A stretch of DNA of 64,000 nucleotides from the NCBI RefSeq assembly GCF_964194155.1, contig NC_135891.1:98270001-98334000 (forward strand), read 5' to 3'. Under the pieces are notes generated by a model. It was not told the DNA's origin. It was given only the letters and a program-made list of their open reading frames with translations, and did not search any database. Source of the stretch: Cetorhinus maximus (taxonomy: Eukaryota). The position numbers and the translations under genes are program-made. This document shows positions 13,113 to 25,534 of the stretch, piece after piece (positions within the stretch are counted from its first letter, which is position 1; the number at the start of each line of letters is the position of its first letter).

Positions 13113-13991
13113 TGTAAAGAACATATCATTTTATTTCTGTTGGACTGTGGACTAATATTAAAATGGCTGCAGTTGAAAGACATGTTTACTGGAACAGTGT
13201 GAGGGATATATACAATGTTGCTATCCTGGAACAGAGTGTGCCATGAAAGACAGAATGGTGCCGAGGAGGAGTCTGGTCTAATGGGGAACTGCCTGGAAAC
13301 AACATTTTAATTGGCTCCTGACTAGGTGACCAGGCTTTGTGTGAGAGCAGTGCAGCAGAATAGCTCATTTCCTGAAAGGAAAAAAGACATAAAACCTCTT
13401 TCTCCTGTGTGTGGAAGATTCCACTAATTCTGCAATAATAGCTAGCTGGCTTTTTCTTCTCATATCTCTATAACCTGCTCTCTCTCTGAAAACCCCTGTC
13501 GAGAGGCAAAGGGGAAAATCACTGTTAGAGACATTGAAAGGCACATGCTCAACCAGTGAATTAAAGTCTGAAAGTGCTGGAAGACCACCTCATGTCATTA
13601 ACAAAGAACTGAAAGGAATTTGGAAGGCACCGATCAAAATCAACCAATCAAATCCTGTACTCCGGAATTGGTGCTATTGAACTGTTTTATCCCACCCTTA
13701 AAATCCATGTTTCTGTGTGTCTTATGTGTCTTGTTTGTGTGTATAGGGATTTAAGAAGGGGTAGAGTTTAGGTTATGGAATTAGAAATTAGCAGTTCATA
13801 TTTCTTTCTTTTGCCACTGGTTAAAGGCAATTTATTCAATAAACAGTTGTTTACTTATTAAATTTACAAACCTGGTGCTCATATTCTGTTCACTGAAGTT
13901 ATACAATTAGGTGGGTTGATCAAACTTTTTCATGGCTCGGGGAGCAGTGGGGCTTGATATTACAGCACACTATCCTCAATGAGTTGTGACA
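13113..13991 (+). repeat. 5' LTR, followed by a degenerate tRNA-Pro-like PBS (~13997-14016)
   Basis: TGTAAAGAAC...GTGACA; downstream tgggggcttgggtccaggat resembles the tRNA-Pro PBS TGGGGGCTCGTCCGGGAT; AATAAA at ~13838. Confidence 0.92.
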
Positions 13992-14304
13992 AAGTTTGGG
14001 GGCTTGGGTCCAGGATATTTTGGAACAGAAGACAATGACAATTTGGGTGTAGATTTAGTAAGTAAAGAGCTATAAGGAAACACCAGGTTTGTACTGTCAA
14101 AAATAAGATGGCACTGAAAACTGCTAAAGCTTTCCAGCAAGTGGAAGAGATGTTCCTGATGATTTTACAATGGATCCCAAAGGCCAGATTAATCAAATTG
14201 GCAAATAAATTAAGAGTACGAATGCCTGCCAAAGCTAGGAAGACAGAAATAATTGAAGAGATGGCACAGCATTTGAAATTGGAAGGAATACCTGAGAGAC
14301 CAAG

Positions 14305-17300
14305 ATAAAAGCAAAAAACTGCAGATGCTGGAAATCCAAAACAAAAACAAAAATACCTGGAAAAACTCAGCAGGTCTGACAGCATCTGTTGAGAGGAGCT
14401 CAGTTAACGTTTCGAATCTGCATGACTCTTCAACAGAACTAAGGAAAAATAGAAAAGGGGTGAAATATAAGCTGGTTTAAGGTGGGGTGGGACAAGAACA
14501 GTTGGATAGAGGGTCAGTGATAGGTGGAGATAACCAAAAGATGTCACAGACAAAAGGAAAAAGAGGTGTTGAAGGTGATGATATTATCTAAAGGAATGTG
14601 CTAATTAAAGGTAGAAAGCAGGACAAGCAAGGGACAGATAGCTCTAGTGGGGGTGGGGTGGGGTGAAGGAATCGAAAAAGGCTAAAAGGTAGAGATAAAA
14701 CAATGGATGGAAATACATTTAAAAATAATGGAAATAGGTGGGAAAAGAAAAATCTATATAAATTATTGGAAAAAACAAAAAGGAGGGGGAAAATCGGAAA
14801 AGGGGTGGGGATGGAGGAGAGAGTTCATGATCTAAAATTGTTGAACTCAATATTCAGTCCGGAAGGCTGTAAAGTGCCTAGTCGGAAGATGAGGTGCTGT
14901 TCCTCCAGTTTGCGAGTTTGCGTTGAGCTTCACTGGAACATTGCAGCAGGCCAAGGATAGACATGTGGGCATGAGAGCAGGGTGGAGTGTTGAAATGACA
15001 AGCGACAGGGAGGTCTGGGTAATGCTTGCGGACAGACCGAAGGTCTTCTGCAAAGCGATCGCCCAGTCTGCGTTTGGTCCCTCCAATGTAGAAGAAACCG
15101 CATTGGGTGCAACGAATGCAGTAGACTAAGTTGCGGGAAGTGCAAGTGAAATGCTGCTTCACTTGAAATGAGTGTTTGGGCCCTTGGACGGTGAGGAGAG
15201 GGGAAGTAAAGGGGCAGGTGTTGCATCTTCTGCGGTTGCATGGGAAGGTGCCGTGGGAGGGGGTTGAGGTGTAGGGGGAGATGAAGGAGTGGACCAGGGA
15301 GGGAATGATCCCTATGGAATTCCGCCGGGGGAGGGGGGATGAAGGGAAGATGTGTTTGGTGGTGGCATCATGCTGGAGTTGGTGGAAATGGCGGAGGATG
15401 ATCCTTTGAATGCGGAGGCTGGTGGGGTGATAAGTGAAGACAAGGAGGACCCTATCATGTTTCTGGGAAGGAGGAGAAGGCGTGAGGGCGGATGCGCGGG
15501 AGATGGGCTGGACACGGTTAAGGGCCCTGTCAACCACCGTGGGTGGAAAACCTCGGTTAAGGAAGAAGGAGGACATGTCAGAGGAACTGTTCTTGAAAGT
15601 GGCATCATCAGAACAGATGCGACAGAGGCGGAGGAACTGAGAGAATGGGATGGAGTCCTTACAGGAAGCGGGGTGTGAGGAGCTGTAGTCGAGGTAGCTG
15701 TGGGAGTCGGTAGGCTTGTAATGGATATTGGTGGACAGTCTATCACCAGAAATTGAGACAGAGAGGTCAAGGAAGGGAAGGGAAGTGTCAGAGATGGACC
15801 ATGTGAAAATGATGGAGGGGTGAAAATTGGAAGCAAAATTAATAAATTTTTCCAGGTCCAGACGAGAGCATGAAGCAGCACCGAAGTAATCATTGATGTA
15901 CCGCAGAAAGAGTTGTGGGAGGGGGCCGGAGTAGGACTGGAACAAGGAATGTTCCACATACCCCATAAAGAGACAGGCATAGCTGGGGCCCATGCGGGTA
16001 CCCATAGCCACACCTTTTATTTGGAGAAAGTGAGAGGAGTTTAAGGAGAAATTGTTCAGTGTGAGAACAGGTTCAGCCAGATGGAGGAGAGTAGTGGTGG
16101 ATGGGGATTGTTCGGGCCTCTGTTCGAGGAAGAAGCGGAGAGCCATCAGACCATCCCGGTGGGGGATGGAGGTGTAGAGGGATTGGACGTCCATGGTGAA
16201 GAGGAGGCGGTTGGGGCCAGAGAACTGGAAACATGATAGGGTCCCCCTTGTCCTCACTTATCACCCCACCAGCCTCCGTATTCAAAGGATCATCCTCCGC
16301 CATTTCTGCCAACTTCAGCATGATGCTGGACCAAACACATCTTCCCTTCACCCCCCCGGCAGCATTCCATAGGGATCATTCCCTCCGTGACACCCTGGTC
16401 CACTCCTCCATCACCCCCTACACCTCAACCCCCTCCCATGGCACTTTCCCATGCAACCGCAGAAGATGCAACACCTGCCCCTTCACTTCCCCTCTCCTCA
16501 CTGTCCAAGGGCCCAAACTCTCATTTCAAGTGAAGCAGCATTTCACTTGCACTTCCCTCAACTTAGTCTACTGCATTCGTTGCTCCCAATGCGGTTTCCT
16601 CTACATTGGAGAGACCAAACCGCTTTGCAGAACACCTTCGGTCTGTCCGCAAGCATTACCCAGACCTCCCAGTCGCTTGCCATTTCAACACTCCACCCTG
16701 CTCTCATGCCCACATGTCTATCCTTGGCTTGCTGCATTGTTCCAGTGAAGCTCAACGCTAACTGGAGGAACAGCACCTCATCTTCCGACTAGGCACTTTA
16801 CAGCCTTCTGGACTGAATATTGAGTTCAACAATTTTAGATCATGAACTCTCTCCTCCATTCCCACCCCTTTCCGATTTTCCCCCTCCTTTTTGTTTTTCC
16901 CAATAATTTATATAGATTTTTCTTTTCCCACCTATTTCCATTATTTTTAAATGTATTTCCATCCATTGTTTTATCTCTACCTGTTAGCCTTTTTCGATTC
17001 CTTCACCCCACCCCACCCCCACTAGGGCTATCTGTACCTTGCTCGTCCTGCTTGCTACCCTTAATTAGCACATTCCTTTAGATAATATCATCACCTTCAA
17101 CACCTCTTTTTCCTTTTGTCTGTGACATCTTTTGGTTATCTCCACCTATCACTGGCCCTCTATCCAACTGTTCTTTCCCACCCTCCCTTAAACCAGCTTA
17201 TATTTCACCCCTTTTCTATTTTTCCTTAGTTCTGTTGAAGAGTCACGCGGACTCGAAACGTTAACTGTGCTCCTCTCAACAGATGCTGCCAGACCTGCTG

Positions 17301-17328
17301 AGTTTTTCCAGGTATTTTTGTTTTTGTT
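14305..17328. mobile_element. Penelope-like element (RT + GIY-YIG; Neptune-like Cys linker), two inverted arms, inserted in Gypsy gag, 16-bp TSD
   Basis: TACCTGAGAGACCAAG at 14289-14304 and 17329-17344. Minus arm 14305-~16231 has MDVQSLYTSI, GVAMGT, RYINDYF and NLVYCIRC..YIG; plus arm ~16228-17328 repeats the 3' part. Confidence 0.93.
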
Positions 17329-20230
17329 TACCTGAGAGACCAAGTTCTCCAAGGGGTGGTTCATTGGAATGGGCTCAAATTCAGTTGCAAATAAAAAAAT
17401 TGGAACTAGAGGCAGAAGATAAAGAAAAGGAAAGATAAAGGATATTCCAAAGGGAACAGGAGAAAGGGCAGAGAAATAAAAAAAAATGTAAAGAGATGGG
17501 GCATTCCAAAGGGAACAGGCAGAAAGGGCAGAGAAAGAAAAAGGAAAGAGAGAGAGCATTTCAAAGGGAGTTAAAAATGGCCAAGTTAGAAAAGGAAGAA
17601 AGAAAAAAAGAGAGAGAATTCCAGCTTAAAATGCTGGCAATTAAAAAAGACACACCAGTAGGTGAGGCAGGACTTATTTCCAGATTGGAACCCAGTAGGG
17701 AGATGTTTAAATTTGTACAAGCTCTTCCAAGGTTTGAGGAAAGAGATGTTAAAGAATTCTTTATTTCATTTGAGAAGATAGCTAAACAGATGAACTGGCC
17801 AAAGGAAAACTGGACATTGCCCATGCAGAGCAAATTTACATGTAGAGCGCAGGAAATTTACGCTTCACTGACAGAGGAGGTTTCTAGGGATTATGATGTG
17901 GTGAAAAGGCCATTTTGAGTACATATGAGTTGGTCTCTGAAGCGTACAAACGAAAGTTTTGAAATTTAAGGAAACAGCCTGGGCAAACTTACATTGAATT
18001 TGAAAGGATTAAATGAAGTAGTTTTGACAGGTGAATACAAGGAAGAATTTAAGAACTCCCTACCTCCTGTAATAAGAACCCATGTTGAAGACCAAAGGGT
18101 TGCAACTGCTAGACAGGCAGCAATAATGGCTGACAATTATCAGCTGAAAAACTGAACATTTTTTCCATCACCTCCATAAATTTGAAAAAGATAGAAAGTG
18201 GGTGAGTGAAAGTAAGGCAAGTAGCCAGGGTAAACTGGATAGCTGGGAATACCTTGAGATCTCCTCCCCAGATCAGGGAGGAAGCTACTGAGGGTGGAGG
18301 TGAAACTCGATGGCCTAAATATTTCCATTGTAATAAAGTGGGACACATTTGTTCAGCTAAACCCAAAACTATATTAAGGGACACAGGAGCTACTCAAACT
18401 CTTTTGCTGGAGAAGGACCTAATTTTCCCTCCAGAGAGTTCAATGAAAGCTAAAGTATTGGTAAACGGGACAAGTGGAGAGTATATCCCGGTTCCATTGT
18501 ACAAAGTGCAATCGGAGTGTGATTTGTTGTCTGGATCAGTGGTGTGGGAGTGACTAAGGAATTACCCGTGGATGGAGTTGATTTCCTTCTGTGGAACGAT
18601 TTGGCAGGAGTGAAGGTTATAGCTTCGTCCATAATTACAGAAAGTCCGAGAGAGGCTAAAGAGATGGAACAGTTACAAGAACAAGTTCCTGGTATTTTTC
18701 CATCATGTGGAGCGACCAGAGCAATGGCTAAACAAAGTCCATAACCTGAGGTCAAAGTAATACAATGAGCAGATGTTAGAGTAGCCGAAACTTTCTTGAA
18801 GGATGAGGATCCGGCAAAGGAAGCGTTTGGCATGTCTTCATTGATTGAGGCTCAGAAAGTAGATCCAGAGTTAAACAAGTTAGCACAGTCAGCTCACACT
18901 GAAGCTGAGGCTGAAGAAGTTCCAGAGTACTATTACCTTGAAAACGGAGTTCTGATGAGGAAGTGAAGACACCCTCACAGACCTGCAGATGAGGAATGGA
19001 TGGTTGTTCATCAGATAGTGGTACTGCCCAAATATCGTACAGAGATATTGCGAGTAGCACATGAAGTCCCAATGGCAGGACATGTAGGAATATGGAAAAC
19101 CCAAGCATCGATAAACAGGTATTTTACTTGGCCAAGACTTCATAAGGTTGTAGTGCAACTTTGTAAAACGTGTCATACATGTTAGGTAGTAGGTAAACCT
19201 CAACATGTAATCAAACCTGCACCTTTAATACCCATACCTGTTTTTGAAGAACCATTCAGTCGAGTATTAGTAGTCTGTGTAGGACCATTACCCAAACTGA
19301 AAGCAGGACATCAGTATATCCTTACAGTCATGGATATGACAAATCGATTTCCAGAAACTATTCTTTTAAGGACAATTACAGCTAAGGTGGTGGCGGAAAA
19401 GTTAACTCAGTTTTTCACTCGTTATGGCTACCAATTGAAATACAGTCTGACCAAGATTCTAACTTCATGTCTAAAATTTTCCAGGACATAATCAGCAGTT
19501 TGGGTATCAAACAAATAAAGCCGATTGCCTATCACCCACAGACACAGGGAGCTTTAGAGAGATACCATCAGACTCTCAAAACCATGATTAAGACCTATTG
19601 CCATGAATACCCTAAGGATTGGGACAAAGGATTCGATTTCTTACTATTTGCTACCAGAGATTCTCCAAATGAATCAACTGGATTTAGTCCATTCGAATTG
19701 ACCTATGGTCATGAAATAAGAGGACTGTTAAAAGTGACTAAGGAAAAGCTCCTAAAGCAGAAAGACGAATCCTCCATTTGGATTACATGTCCATGTTTCT
19801 AGAAAGACTCATAGGATCATGTAAAGTAGCACGAGAGCATTTAAAAATTTCCCAAGCAAAAATGAAAGAATGGGCAGACAAACATGCTACAACTACAACG
19901 TTCCAAGCAGGAGATGAAGTATTGATATTATTACCTTTGCAGGGTGAACCCCTGAAAGTGAAATTCGGTGGCCCCTACAAGGTAGTTAGGAGAGTTAATA
20001 AAGTAACTTATCTGATAGATACCCCTGAACATAGGAAGAAGAAACGGTTATGTCACGTAAACATGTTGAAGCAATATCATCACAGAGAAGATGATGGGAA
20101 AGAGCAAGTATGCCAGCTGGTCGGAGTAATGGAGGATGACAGAGACAGTAAGAGTAAGGTAGAGGGAGAAGTAGAGAGTGCACAAAGCAAACCTCCGACA
20201 GTTAGACATTGTGTTCTCACATTTAAAGGA

Positions 20231-20862
20231 AGGATGGGGGAGGGAGTTCAAGATCTAAAGTTGTTGAATTCAATATTTAGCCCGGAAGGCTGTAAAGTGC
20301 CTAGTCGGAATATGAGGTGCTGTTCCTCCAGTTTGCGTCCCTAACCCCCCATCCCCACCCCCTTTTCCGTTTCTTCCCCCTCCCTTTTGTTTTTTCTAAT
20401 AATTTATATAGATTTTTCTTTCCCACCTATTTCCATTATTTTTAAAGCTGTCATGCCCTGTCAGTCTTTCCACCCCACCCCCACTAGAGCTGTACCTTGA
20501 GTGTCCTGCCATCCATTCTTAATTAGCACATTCTCTTAGATAATATCACCATCTTCAACACGTCTTTGTTCCTTTTGTCTGTGACATCTTTTGATTATCT
20601 GCTCCTATCACTGCTTGCTTGTCCCTACAACCACCCCCCCTGCACCCCCCAACTTCTCTTCCCCCACCGCCCCCCCCCCCCCCCACCTTAAACCAGCTTA
20701 TATTTCACCCCTCTCCTAACTTTACTCAGTTCTGCGGAAGGGTCATGAGGACTCGAAACGTCAACTCTTTTCTTCTCCGCCGATGCTGCCAGACCTGCTG
20801 AGTTTTTCCAGGTAATTCTATTTTTGTTTTGGATTTCCAGCATCTGCAGTAGTTTTTTGCTC
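20231..20862. mobile_element. Truncated Penelope-like insertion (short minus arm 20231-20338 plus a plus-strand 3' end) between Gypsy IN and RT
   Basis: Near-identical to 54735-54802 and 56330-56810; no clear TSD, and the Gypsy RT N-terminus appears deleted here. Confidence 0.85.
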
Positions 20863-22157
20863 TTAAGCAGCTTTAGTACTGGTTCCTAAGTTGGATGGAA
20901 CAACTAGATTTTGTATAGACTACTGGAAAGTGAATGCAGGAACGAGGACAGATTCGTACCCAGTTCCTTGATTAGAAGATTGCATCAATAGGGTTGGCAG
21001 TGCCTCATTTCTTTCTAAAATTGATCTATTGAAGGGGCACTGGAAATGCCATTAACATCAAGGGCTAAAGAAATATCTGCCTTGGTTACACCAAGTGGAT
21101 GGTATCAATGTCGAGTCATGCCATTTGGGTTTAAAAATGCTGAGCTACATTCCATAGACTTATGAATCAAGTTGTAGCTGAAGTACATAACTGTGCAATT
21201 TATCTAGATGATGTTATAATATGTAGTAATACATAGGAAGAACATGTAAAGAAATTAAAATTAAGGGACCTGTTTAAACAATTGCAGTTGGCTGGCTTAG
21301 TTATAAATCTGGCCAAAAGCGAATTTGCAAAAGCAAGAGTAAATTACCTGGGTCACATTGTAGAACAAGGGCAAGTAATGCCAAGAACAGCAAAAGTGAA
21401 CACTCTAATAGAATTTCTCATTCCTAAAACTAAACGAGAAATTGAGGTTTTTGGGAATGTGTGGGTTTTTATAGGAAACTTGTGCCTAACTTCAGCACAA
21501 TAGCTGTACCTCTCACCAATTTGTTAAGAAAACAGACAAAAGTGGTATGGTCAGCAGAATGCCAAGCAGCCTTTGAAAATCTGAAGGCAATCTTAATAAA
21601 TGAACCAGTGTTGGCTGCTCCTGACAATCCTTTTAAAATGGCTATTGATGCTAGTGACTTGGGGGTAGGTGCAGTCGTATTACAAGTTGATAAATTAGGG
21701 ATAGAGAAACCAGTGGGGTGCTATCCCAAGCAACTAAATCAATATCAGAGGAAGTACCCTACTGTAGAAAAATAAACTCTAGCATTGTTGTCTCTTCAAC
21801 GTTTTGAAGTTTACGTCTGACACAATAAAAAAGAAACACTAATTTACACTGACCATAATCCACTGGCGTTCATTGAACAGCTTAAAACTCGAAATGTGAG
21901 ACTGTTTAGATGGAGTCTATTGTTTCAACCATTCAATGTAAAGATTGTTCACATTGCCGGCAAAGATAATGTGATTGTGGATGCATTGTCCCAGGTGTAA
22001 ATTATTAAAATAAGTTAAAGGGGTAAGAGATGTTGAAGATTGTATAAGGGGGAGGATGAATGGAATTAAGTCTCGTGCTTTGTTGTCCATATGTCACATA
22101 CCTTGTGATAAAATGCATTTTTGAAATGGTGTTTCATCTCTTTTAAAGGTGGAGACA

Positions 22158-23029
22158 TGTAAAGAACTATCATTTTACTTCTGTTGGACTGTGGACTAAA
22201 ATTACGATATCTGCAGTTGAAAGACATGTCTACTGGAACAGTGTGAGGGATATATATACTGTTGCTATCCTGGAACAGAGTGTGCCATGAAAGACAGAAT
22301 GGTGCCGAGGAGGAGTCTGGTCTAATGAGGAACTGCCTGGAAACAACATTTTAATTGGCTCCTGACTAGGTGACCAGGCTTTATGTGAGAGCAGTGCAGC
22401 AGAATAACTCATATCCTGAAAGGAAAAAGACCTAAAACCTCTCTCTCCTGTGTAAGATTCCACTAATTCTACAATAATAATTAGGTGGCTTTTTCTCTTC
22501 ACATCTCTATAACCTGCTTTCTCTCTGAAAACCCCTGTCAAGAGGCAAAGGGGAAAATCACTGTTAGAGACATTGAAAGGCAAGTGCTCAACCAGTGAAC
22601 TAAATACTGAAAGTGCTGGAAGACCACCTAGTGTCATCAACAAATAATTGAAAGCAATTTGGAAGGCATCAATCAAAATCAACCAATCAAATCCTGTACT
22701 CTGGCATTAGTGCTATTGAACTGTATAATCCCATCCTTAAAATCCATGTTTTTATGTGTCTTATATGAATGTGTGTAGGGATTTAAGGAGGAGTGGAGTT
22801 TAGGTTATAGAGTTAGAAATTAGCAGTTCATATTTCTTTCTTTTGCCACTGGTTAAAGGCAATTTATTCAATAAACAGTTATTTACTTAAGCTTACTAAC
22901 CTGGTGCTCGCACCCTGTTAACCTAAATTAAACAATTAGGTGGGTTGATCAAATCGTTTCAGATTTGTCGTGGCTTGGGGGGCAGTGGGGCTTGATATTG
23001 CAGCGTACTATCCCCAGTGAGCCGTAACA
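22158..23029 (+). repeat. 3' LTR, preceded by a purine-rich tract
   Basis: TGTAAAGAAC...GTAACA, a direct repeat of 13113-13991 with mismatches and indels; aaaggtggagaca immediately upstream. Confidence 0.92.
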
Positions 23030-24418
23030 CCTGCCACCATCAATGATTTGAGCACATGTATGCATTCAGGTCTTCCTGGTCCTGAACCTCCTTTAGAATT
23101 ATACCCTTCAGTTTACATTGCCTCTCCTTATTCTTTTTACCAAAATGTATCACTTCACACTTCTCTTAAATTAAGTTAGGTAAACATAATTTGCCTTTAA
23201 CAAATCTATGCTGGTTTTCCTTAATTAATCCACTGTTGTCCAAGTGACTGTTAAGTTTTGTCCTGAGCTACGTAATATTTCAGCCCTGGTCCAATTACAA
23301 AGTCAACATTGCTTTCTTGCTTTTACATTCAATGGTCCACATAAATTTCAAAATCCCATGTGTATTTTATGACCTTTTCTATCTGCAGTCATATCTTTGA
23401 AATATATTGATCTTTCTGTTACTCCATTAAAAGAATTTCATACTGCTTAGTACTTCATTTCTGCATTTAACCAGGTCACTTAACCATTCATTCTATTAAC
23501 CTATGTCCTCCTGCAATCTTAATTTTTGATTTTGATTTTTTTCTCCTATGCTCTTTTAACCTGATTGGTTTCCCTTAGTTGGGTATCTAATTTTTTAAAA
23601 AAGCTAAGGGAGTCAAAACAAGTTCTGCAAAAAAAAGTTGCCTCTCTTCTGAACTGTCTCACAAAGTTTTTACTTCCTCCTAGGCATTGGGTCTCAAAAT
23701 GAGTATGGTACAAGCATGGTTAATTTGTATTTTACCTCCCGACACAACAGCTTTTTGTTTGTTGTTGTTTGGAATTTGATGGTTTAAGTAAAATCAACCC
23801 GATCCTTAACAAATGATTTCCTGAAAACTAATTTTGCTCTTACCTTTCCAGTGTGTTTTATTTGCCCTACTTTAATGATTGCTTTTAAAGTTTTTAATCT
23901 AATGTATTAAATTTACTAATATGTTCAGTGTATTTTTCTTTAGTAGATTATTCATGAATTTTGTATTTTTTATTTTATCTTCGCCAGATATTCAAATGAT
24001 CTATTGATTTTCTAATCTTTAAGCTACTGGTTAAAAAGCTTTGCTAATAATTGTACAAAGTCCTGTTGCAAATATCAGAGAGAAGTTGTTTAACCAAGCT
24101 TGACTGCAACTGAAACTTTTTAAACTGAGCATGCAAACAAAATATATTCTTAAAGATAAATCTCAGCTGCTATTCAGGTTTCAGCAGCTGCACATTTAAC
24201 CAACTTATGGCAAGATGCCATTAGTACAGTAACAATGGGCTTTACCATTGCTATAATAAGAAAGGAGATAATATTATATGTTTTATTGCTACATCATATC
24301 AGTATACAATATCAAGGCATTCCTAGTCAGTGATGAAAATCATATCGAAAAATTATCATACATTATTTACAGTTTCCATAAATGCTACTATTACAACCTA
24401 AAACTGAAATGCTAACAT

Positions 24419-25534
24419 CTAGCTTTCCTTTAGACCCATAAAGTAAGTAGACAATACTTGACGAATTTCTTCAGCTTGCCTATCAACTGTTCTATCTGAC
24501 ATTGTTTGATTTGGCTGAGGGAATTCATCCTGCCCAAGAACACGCAGCCAGTCATTATTAAAACCATCGTTATGTTTTTCGCAGATATTGTGAAGAATGC
24601 AACAGGCAGTGATCATTGTTGGAATCAGTTCAAGGCTACAGTCATTCCGCTTAAGAAGACATTGCCAACGTGCTTTGAGTCGTCCAAATGCATCATCTAT
24701 CACAGTGTGAGCTTGGCTTAACCTGCAGTTAAACACAAGTTGATGCTGTGATAGTTTTGCTGTTTCTGAATATGGCTTCAGGAGCCATTCCTGTAGTGGA
24801 TATGAAGAGCTGCCTATCAGTAGGTATTTCACTGGTGTTCTCAGAATATTTTTTGAGCAGTCAGGGAACAACCTTCCTTCAGTAGCCATTCTCCATAGAT
24901 CAGAATTCCTTAGAATTTTTGTATCAAGAGAACTCCCAGAAAATCCAGTACAGACGTCCCAGAAATTCCCAGTATCATCAACTACACCTTGTAATACAAC
25001 TGAATGCCATCCCTTTCTGTTTAGGTAATCTTTGTGATATTGTGGAGGGGCAATGATGGGTATGTGGCAACTATCAATGGCACCAACACATTGGGGAAAA
25101 TCCCACTTTCGAGCGAACATTTGAGCTATCATTTCAAATTCTTGATTAGAAGGCATCCTAAGATACAGCGGCTTTAAGAGAGACACAATGGCATGACATA
25201 CTTCCCTTACACATTTACAAACAGTTGATCTGCCTATGCCAAACAAATGGCTAATAGTTCTATATTCGACGTTAGTAGCAAGTCGCCAAAATGCCACTGC
25301 AACTCTTTTTTCCAGGGGCAGCGCGGGACGAAGGTGAGTATTGCGACGAGAAACCATGGGCTTCAGCTTATTACAGATATGGAAAAATGTTTCCTTAGAC
25401 ATTCTGAAATTTTCCAGCCAATCATTTGGCTGAAAGTCCTTCATAACCACACGTTCCCACCAGTCCGAACTTCTTGGCTTACACCAGATTCTTGTACGAC
25501 AGTTACACCTACTACCTCCACGTGCCATCACCAT
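24419..25534 (-). CDS. Harbinger transposase-derived gene (HARBI1/ALP1-like, DDE_Tnp_4-type fold), exon 2
   Basis: Uninterrupted 371 codons plus stop after the acceptor tgtttgcag|ATG. Motifs WLENFRMSKETF, an HTH (YRTISHLFGIGRSTV), FPQCVGAIDSCHIPI, YLNRKGWHS, AFGRLKARW and ACCILHNICE; AATAAA on the minus strand at 24282-24287. Confidence 0.93.
   Translation of the reverse strand: MVMARGGSRCNCRTRIWCKPRSSDWWERVVMKDFQPNDWLENFRMSKETFFHICNKLKPMVSRRNTHLRPALPLEKRVAVAFWRLATNVEYRTISHLFGIGRSTVCKCVREVCHAIVSLLKPLYLRMPSNQEFEMIAQMFARKWDFPQCVGAIDSCHIPIIAPPQYHKDYLNRKGWHSVVLQGVVDDTGNFWDVCTGFSGSSLDTKILRNSDLWRMATEGRLFPDCSKNILRTPVKYLLIGSSSYPLQEWLLKPYSETAKLSQHQLVFNCRLSQAHTVIDDAFGRLKARWQCLLKRNDCSLELIPTMITACCILHNICEKHNDGFNNDWLRVLGQDEFPQPNQTMSDRTVDRQAEEIRQVLSTYFMGLKES

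Larger units (their letters stand above)
13113..23029 (+). mobile_element. Gypsy LTR retrotransposon, Gmr1-like (gag-PR-IN-RT-RH), decayed, 4-bp TSD CCTG
   Basis: Two ~875-bp LTRs (TG...CA); CCTG at 13109-13112 and 23030-23033. Gag FFISFEKIAKQMNWP, partial zinc knuckle CNKVGH, protease LRDTGA, integrase H..GH..C..C and YHPQTQGALER, RT YLDD, RNase H DASDLGVGAV; many stops and frameshifts. Confidence 0.93.
11760..23165 (-). mobile_element. Old CR1 fragment split into 11760-12088, ~12790-13112 and 23034-23165 by later insertions
   Basis: The pieces are colinear with the CR1 3' regions at 6295-7155 and 46300-47096 once the insertions are removed. Confidence 0.65.

Noticed and set aside
15312-16013. 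Ser/Pro-rich overlapping ORFs (also 55143-56000)
   Set aside because: Alternative frames of C-rich Penelope sequence, which stay open because of base composition.
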